Below are positions 57,613 to 64,000 of a stretch of DNA of 64,000 bases, piece after piece. A program made the translations under genes and the position numbers. The stretch is from contig CDMY01000458.1 in the NCBI GenBank assembly GCA_001179505.1, forward strand, positions 1 through 64,000, read 5' to 3'. The notes beneath the pieces are model-generated. The model saw nothing but the letters and a program-made list of their open reading frames with translations. It ran no database searches and had not been told where the DNA came from. Each line of letters begins with the position of its first letter. Within the stretch, counting starts at the first letter, position 1. Source of the DNA: Vitrella brassicaformis CCMP3155 (taxonomy: Eukaryota; Protista; Chromerida).

Positions 57613-57614
57613 TG

Positions 57615-58487
57615 GCGAGTTCGGCATTGCCTGCGTCAAGTCGCTGCTCAAGCTCCGTGGCATCAAGGAGCTCAAGTTCCAGCCGCGGCCCAACGATGCC
57701 TTCAAGCGGCTGGTGGAGAAGCGGACTGATGGCGACACCATCGATGGGCTTGAGGGGCGGTATGACATCAGCTGGACGGACGAGGAGGAAGATGAGGAAG
57801 ATGCGCTCACTCTCAAACCACTCGACGCTTTCGGGTGGTGGGATGGATGAAGTGGGTGGGTGGGTGGGTGGGAGGGTGAATGGACTGAATCGCTGCCTCT
57901 CTTTATCTCTCTGCGTGCGTGTGCGTGCCTGTGTGTGTGTGAGCTTCCTGGCGGGATGGCGGGATGGCTGGATGTGTGCGTGTGTGCGCGGCTGGATGGA
58001 CGGATGGATGGATGGATGAAGTGGGTGGGGGGAAGGGCACTCGCAGCCTCTCCATATCTCACTGTATGCCTGTGTGTGTGTGTGNNNNNNNNNNNNNNNN
58101 NNNNNNNNNNNNNNNNNNNNNNNNNNNNNNNNNNNNNNNNNNNNNNNNNNNNNNNNNNNNNNNNNNNNNNNNNNNNNNNNNNNNNNNNNNNNNNNNNNNN
58201 NNNNNNNNNNNNNNNNNNNNNNNNNNNNNNNNNNNNNNNNNNNNNNNNNNNNNNNNNNNNNNNNNNNNNNNNNNNNNNNNNNNNNNNNNNNNNNNNNNNN
58301 NNNNNNNNNNNNNNNNNNNNNNNNNNNNNNNNNNNNNNNNNNNNNNNNNNNNNNNNNNNNNNNNNNNNNNNNNNNNNNNNNNNNGGGGGGGGAAGCCATC
58401 CTGACTGGCGGGATGGATGATGAAGTGGCAAAGGTGGGAAAGGTGGGTATCGCCAAGTGTGACCCTCGCACAGCTGCCCTTATATGA
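57615..58487 (+). pseudogene. 5'-truncated coding fragment of a lineage-specific family
   Basis: Strongly GC3-biased frame EFGIACVKSLLKLRGIKELKFQPRPNDAFKRLVEKRTDGDTIDGLEGRYDISWTDEEE..KPLDAFG|GT, preceded by an in-frame TGA; probable later exon 58385-58487. Confidence 0.45.
58085..58384. other. Assembly gap (300 N)
   Basis: Exactly 300 N after (GT)n. Confidence 0.95.
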
Positions 58488-60049
58488 CAGGAGGCAATAT
58501 GGCCAGGAAGGTGCAGGTGGGTCGCGTCAAATAGACGTGTGGCCGAGCAACAGAGTAAGGTGTAGGTGTAAACCGCAAAGGTAAAGTGTAATTAGATATG
58601 AATTCGCAAAGTAACTCTCTAGGATGGTCTTTTTTGTTCCACGCGCAGTGTTGTGTTATGGCTGCATGAGCTGGATGTGTGCACCGTTTTTGGGTGGGTG
58701 GGTGAATGGACTGACTCGCTGCGTCTCTGCGTGCCTCTCTGTATGCCTGTGTGTGTGGGCTGCATCCCGGGATCGGTTCGACACTGGCTGCCTGGCTGTT
58801 TGTCTGTCTGTCTGTCTGTCTGTGTGGGTGCCATTCCTTCGGTCAAGCCATGCCCCAGCCAGCCAGCCAGCCAGTCAGCCAGCTGCTTGTTGACATGTGC
58901 AGATAGGTCAGGTTTTCGCAGGCAGAACGTCCCACCGCTCACATGCATTGCAAACTCTCGTGTGGAGTGAGTTGATTGCAGTTGGTCGGTACTCTGAAAT
59001 TGGGCAAGGTCATTGGTTGAACGACACACGGCCTACGCCAAGGAGGCAGGCAGGCAGGCAGGAAGCACACAGTCATGGCGTGACGTACACGCAGAAGATG
59101 AAAATGTCCACCTCTCCGTCAGTCCGTCACACTCATCGCATTCTCTCCCACAAACCAAAGGCCCTCGCAGTCACCTCAACAGCCTCTCCGATATAAAACG
59201 TAGGCAGCGATGTGAGATCATGCCAATGCACAGACCGCACAAACCACTTCCCACTGCCTTTTCCGGCCCCTCTCTCGCGTCATTGACCGATCAAATCTCA
59301 TGCTCAGCCGCCCGACAACAATCAGCACCAGGAGAGGAGAGGACGACAGATATAAAATGAAGGCAGCGATCAAATCTGCATACAGACAGAGAGACACCTG
59401 CCTGCCCACCCTTTCTCCCGTCTCTGCTGAGGCCCCACGCCCAAGCCGAGAGGGCCCCACCCCCAAGCCATTCCTCCATGTGTGTGTGGCGCGCAGTCTT
59501 GTGTGTGTGTGGCCAGCAGTCTGCTAGCAAGAGGAAACAAACTGGGTGAGTAGATAGAGTGCCAAAGACGTCACGTTACAGACAGCAACAGGTGATGAAC
59601 CATGCACCCTCGCAGCAAAGGACACGCCGAGAGAGAGGGGCCCACCTTCCACCCCCACCCGCAGCATCCATCCATCCATCAATGCCTGCCTCCCTCCCTC
59701 CATCGTCCCCCTATCCATCTGTCTATCTACCGTGTGTTGGTGTTGTGTCTGTGGTGCGGTGCCTCAGTGGTGGTGGCGGTCCCGGATCCTTTGGCGCCAG
59801 TGCTCCGCGGAGGAGCGATCCGTGCGGTTCTCGACGGCTGAGCAACCACACACAACAGACACATTAGTAAAAGACACATGGGTTTGTATGGATGCGTTCA
59901 TTCGTGCAAAGAAAATGTACTCATTCATTCATTCATTCATTCATATGTGTGCTTACACGGGTGCTGGTCACGGGTGTTGGTGTTGGTGTCCGTGCGGTAG
60001 GTGGGCGTGGGACTGGGTCGCGCATCTGATGAACGGATGAACGGCAAAC

Positions 60050-61370
60050 ACACACACACAGTACAAACAGTCCATACATCGCTGTTTCCCTTCCCTTGTC
60101 CCTTTCTCTCCGTTGCTTTGCTTACACGGCCTGAACCGGTTCTCCGTCCTCATGCTCCGTACCACCTGCACATGGCGGTGGCGCTGGCGGCGGCTGGCGG
60201 GCTGTGTGCTCTGCGGTGCCGGTGGTGCGGACCATGCGTTGTGGGTGGGAGGGGGGGCGCGCGGAGGGGCGGGGGGGCCGGCGGGGTCGTCGACAACCAC
60301 CACAACGGGCAGGGTGAGGGGGCGACGGAGCTGCGAGGCCCTGGCGTAGGGGTTGGTGCGCACGGATACCCCATTTATGAGGAGGTCTAGGGGAGTGAGG
60401 CGGCGCGACATTGCTTCTGCGAAGGCCTGCGAACACACACACACACACACACACACACATGGCAGAGAGAGCACATGGTATGCCGTGAATGTCTGTCTGC
60501 TCGGTCTGTGGGGTGGGTGAGTGGGTGCATCTGGCGGCCTGGCTGCCTGGCTGCACTCACTGCATACGCACATCCAACGAATCGGATGCATTCCATTCCA
60601 TTCCCCTCCCTCATGGCTTACTATCTCAATCAAGTCGTCGGTACGCATGGAGCCATCCAGCGCGATGTGCATTGTGCGGCCGAGAAACCCCCCCAGCGGT
60701 CGTGTCCGACTCCCCGGCTCGTCATTCGGGACCTCTACACCTACGGGCTGCTGAATGGGGCTCGCGCCGGTCCCAATGTAGTTATTGTACTCCATTGCAG
60801 AGCTCACCAGAGGGCGGGCGGGGAGCATTCCCGACTGCAGAAACAACACAACAGCAGAAACAACACAACAGCAACACACATTCAACGAACGTGTGCTCTC
60901 TTCCCCTCACCTTTGGAAAGGACGCATAGGAGTTTCAAGAGTGTGTCGAGCAGCCATTTGCAGGTCTCGGGGCAGATCTGGCCACTCCAGCAGACCGGAA
61001 TGGTGATGATGAAAGCGATGATCGCAATCACCGCGACGTAGAACATGAAACACCAGAAGGCCTTCTTCGAATCCGTTCTGCACTGCTCACTGCAGCAGTA
61101 TTGGCACGCACCGGTGCTGCGGCGTTTGCAGGTGCTGCAGCACCGGCGACAACCTGAAACAAACAAGAGGCGATCTTCTGCCTCAATCATTCTGGTTCCC
61201 CCCTTATTTCCATGCTCACTGGAGGCGATTCTGACATTGATGGGACGTGTGCGATCCGTGCCTTCGTCGCCACGAAACACCTCCGCCGGCTGAGCCTCAG
61301 GAGCAAAAGTCCGATTGCCCGACGCGCCGAGCTCAAATTCAGTGTGCAGCCGTCGCTGCAAGGCCCTCAT
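60050..61370 (-). CDS. Hypothetical membrane protein with a Cys-rich segment before a TM helix
   Basis: CRRCCSTCKRRSTGACQYCCSEQC followed by FWCFMFYVAVIAIIAFIITIPVCW; further exons ~60840-60610 and ~60430-60120. Confidence 0.5.
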
Positions 61371-61462
61371 GGTCGCTGGGTCGCTGACGGACAGAAGGTT
61401 CGGGCGGCCCCGCCTGCGATAGAAAAGTCACCTGAAGAGATTTATCCATCGAGATAGGCGAT

Positions 61463-61870
61463 TCAACCAAAACAGTCGCCCAGCCCACCTGAGCAGCAAA
61501 TGGCAGTCTCTGAGACATCATCAGGAACTGGATGTCCTCGAGTGGCTATGATCCGTGCAGCATGGGCGTTGGTGCACTTCATTGCCACCGCCGGCGCATT
61601 TATCTTCCTGCTGGTCGGCTTCTTGGACACGATTGCCGTCTCCAGTCCTTGAGTTGCGACAGGTACTGGACGTCCTCGAGTCGCCATGACCCGTGCCTCA
61701 TGGGCCTCGGTGCCTTTCATCGCCACTGACACCTTCGACGTCACCTTCTCCTCCTTGCTGGTGGCCTTGTGCGCAGCGGCCGCCTGCCTCTGCGCTATCC
61801 TGGCTTCCCTCCAGGAGGCCCGCAGCCGGCCGATAACGACGCTGGTGTTGTCATCCTCCGATTCGCCTTA
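61463..61870 (-). CDS. Basic repeat exon paralogous to 29360-29708 (possibly the 3' exon of the kinase gene)
   Basis: AG acceptor at ~61870, then GESEDDNTSVVIGRLRASWREAR..VAMKGTEAHEARVMATRGRPVP..VAMKCTNAHAARIIATRGHPVP..FG*. Confidence 0.45.
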
Positions 61871-62219
61871 CAACAGGTATAAAACGGCATGGCGTGTCTG
61901 TGCTTATTTTACCTGCTTGTCGTCTGTCGTACAACAGATAATTGCGGACATCTTCAAAGGCGCGAGCGCGTGGCGGCACTGAAATTCAACTTGCTTACGC
62001 AATTTGAATCCCTCGGGCTGAATCACAAACAGCGGCAAGTGCGCACGGAAGTGAGATGGGTTTCTCTTGTGCATTTCTCCTTGTTGCTCCTCAGTTGAGT
62101 TGATATCAATTGCGGCCCTGGCAGACACACGACAGACATCAGTTGAGTGTGTGTGCAGTTGATCATGGCGCAATGGATGGGTGGATGGATGGATGGCTGG
62201 TGCAGTGTCCTCACTTGTA

Positions 62220-63760
62220 AATCAGGTCGATGAGCAGGTCACTGTCGAACAAGTGGCGGTGCGCCCTGCGCACCATGTCGGCAAACTGGTCAAACGTCTT
62301 CCTGCCAACCTGAAGCAACTGATCCATTCATCCATCCATGAGACGCAGAGAAACAAGGAGAGAGATGCGCCTGGGATATGAAAACAGAGAAACAAGGGGA
62401 AACGAGGTTCTTCATATCCTGGGCGGGTGGCGTGCCCAGGTCTGCCTCTGCACGAGTCGACCGGGGACACATACACACGAAGATGTATGCATTGCTGGAT
62501 GCAGATGGGCATCGCGTATGTGTGTTCATTGCCACGCTGCCATGCTGACGTACATCGAAGGGACGGCGGCCTGTGTACACATGACACAATACTATAGAGG
62601 TGCATTTGAAAACTTTGTGTGTCTCATCGCTCTCTCAGCCTCTGTCTAGGTGTGCTGCGTACCTACGTGTGGCCCAGATCTCGGTGGCGGACCCGATTCC
62701 CTTCGACGTGTCCAAGTGGGCTTCTGAGCTCCGATAGCCCTGTGTGTCTCTTCTGAGCTTAGGGCTGTGTAAGACATACACACACAGAGAGATTGGCTTT
62801 GATTGAATCGAGGAACGAAGGTGAGCAGTGATGTATGTAGATAGATGCACGTATAGGTAGGTGTACTTACGGTGTTGGCCGTCGTCCGGCTGCTTCAAAC
62901 TCGTGTGACTGGCCAAAGTCGTACAACTTCAACACCTTTCTGAAGAAAGAAAAGAATCTTCAATCAAGGAAGACATGCAGCACCCACCGACAATGAGGGA
63001 GGGAATATGCCTTGGCTATATGTGTCCCTCCCTCCCCCCCTCCCTCCCTGGCTCCATACCAAGTCTCTGAATATACATACCTGCCATTCCTGCCCTGCAT
63101 CAGTATGTTCTCGGGCTTCACGTCACGGTGGGCCACGTTCTTCATATGCGCCAGCCCCTGCAATATCTGCACACACACACACACACACACACGCCATGGA
63201 TTGGTGTTGGTTGCCACCCAGCTAGTAGCAGGCACCCAGGCAGCGTGCGCGTGTGTGTACTTGGAATGTAAAACGCTTGACCGTGCGACACCCCTTCACA
63301 GCGTCCCCCGCTTCACGTGCTCGTATGACAGATACATGCGCTTGTTGGCGTTGTCCAGCCATGAGCCGTGCATCTTCGTCAGGTTCGGGTGGTTGAACTT
63401 GTCAGAAATAGCCTGTATACACAGACATACGCAGGCTATGATTGAATTCTCATGCGTCTTTGCATGAATTACCATCTCTTTCTTCCGTTCCTCGAGCAAT
63501 CCGGCGCCCTGACGGCCCGAAAAACGCCATCCAGCATCGCGAACCAAATTGGTCTTCTTCCCTCCGCAAGAGCCGTCGCCGACAATGCTGAGAATCTTCG
63601 TGACTTCGTATCGCAAACAGGCTCGGGCCTTTGGCCGGCGAGCCACAGCGTACATCAAAGCCGAGACCCATTCTGACAGCCGCCGCAACACGATGGTCGC
63701 CGTTCTTTGGATGAGCGAGGCAACGGAAGCAAGCGCTGCGATCGTCAGGGAGAGAAACAC
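62220..63760 (-). CDS. Ser/Thr protein kinase (multi-exon) with a hydrophobic N-terminus
   Basis: GDGSCG (Gly loop), HPNLTKMHGSW, ILQGLAHMKNVAHRDVKPENILM, LKLYDFGQ, GYRSSE, EIWA..YTGRRPF, LLIDLIYK. Confidence 0.85.
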
Positions 63761-64000
63761 CCACCGTGCAGACGATTCGGGCCAGAAGAAAGTTGAGAGA
63801 TAGGACGGCGGCGGAAAAATAGTTTTCGTCTCTGTCTCGTAAATTTTCTCGCCGTCACAAGCACGCCGTCCGCTGGACCCGATGTCCAGCGGCGGGACAT
63901 CCGATTGACTCCCTCTGGACCCACATGCATTGCGCCTGAAACACGCGCACGCGCACAGGAGGCCGAGGACGCATGCATGCGACCGTTGGAGCCGTTGCGA

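Noticed and set aside
1-64000. rRNA, tRNA, Helitron ends, prokaryotic operons
   Set aside because: No cloverleaf, rRNA-like block or convincing hairpin+CTAG terminus seen; the bacterial-like domains all sit in intron-containing eukaryotic genes, which argues against contamination.

Overview
Eukaryotic, GC-rich, intron-dense genomic DNA. Introns are short and full of (GT)n/(CA)n, (GTCT)n and (ATGG)n microsatellites, and there are six 300-N scaffold gaps. The style and gene content suggest a chromerid alveolate, most likely Vitrella brassicaformis (inference, not verified). Most ORF-track entries are antisense shadows or read-through of introns and gaps, so I rebuilt genes by splicing GT..AG exons by eye. 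Mobile elements: (1) a complete pogo/Tigger-type DD30D DNA transposon (1955-7059; 25-bp TIRs, TA TSD) with a seven-intron transposase gene; (2) a degenerate Ty1/copia LTR retrotransposon, partly duplicated around a gap (about 15.3-20.4 kb); (3) a 5'-truncated CRE-like RT+RLE non-LTR retrotransposon with a 16-bp TSD (21931-24458). Recognisable genes: a circularly permuted Fibrobacter-type GH16 beta-glucanase with a Cys-rich PAN/apple-like tail; an ARM-repeat protein; the proteasome regulator PI31; a secreted protein made of three subtilase-propeptide-like repeats with no protease domain; an SLC35F-like transporter; a secreted Pro/Arg-rich + knottin + solute-binding-protein fusion; an S28 prolylcarboxypeptidase; and a Ser/Thr kinase. 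The most striking locus (41717-45910, minus) encodes three OST-HTH/LOTUS-like winged helices fused to an OAS (2'-5' oligoadenylate synthetase)-fold nucleotidyltransferase whose catalytic residues appear substituted, i.e. a candidate non-catalytic dsRNA sensor or adaptor. A TGCGAGCT motif recurs in three short bidirectional promoters.
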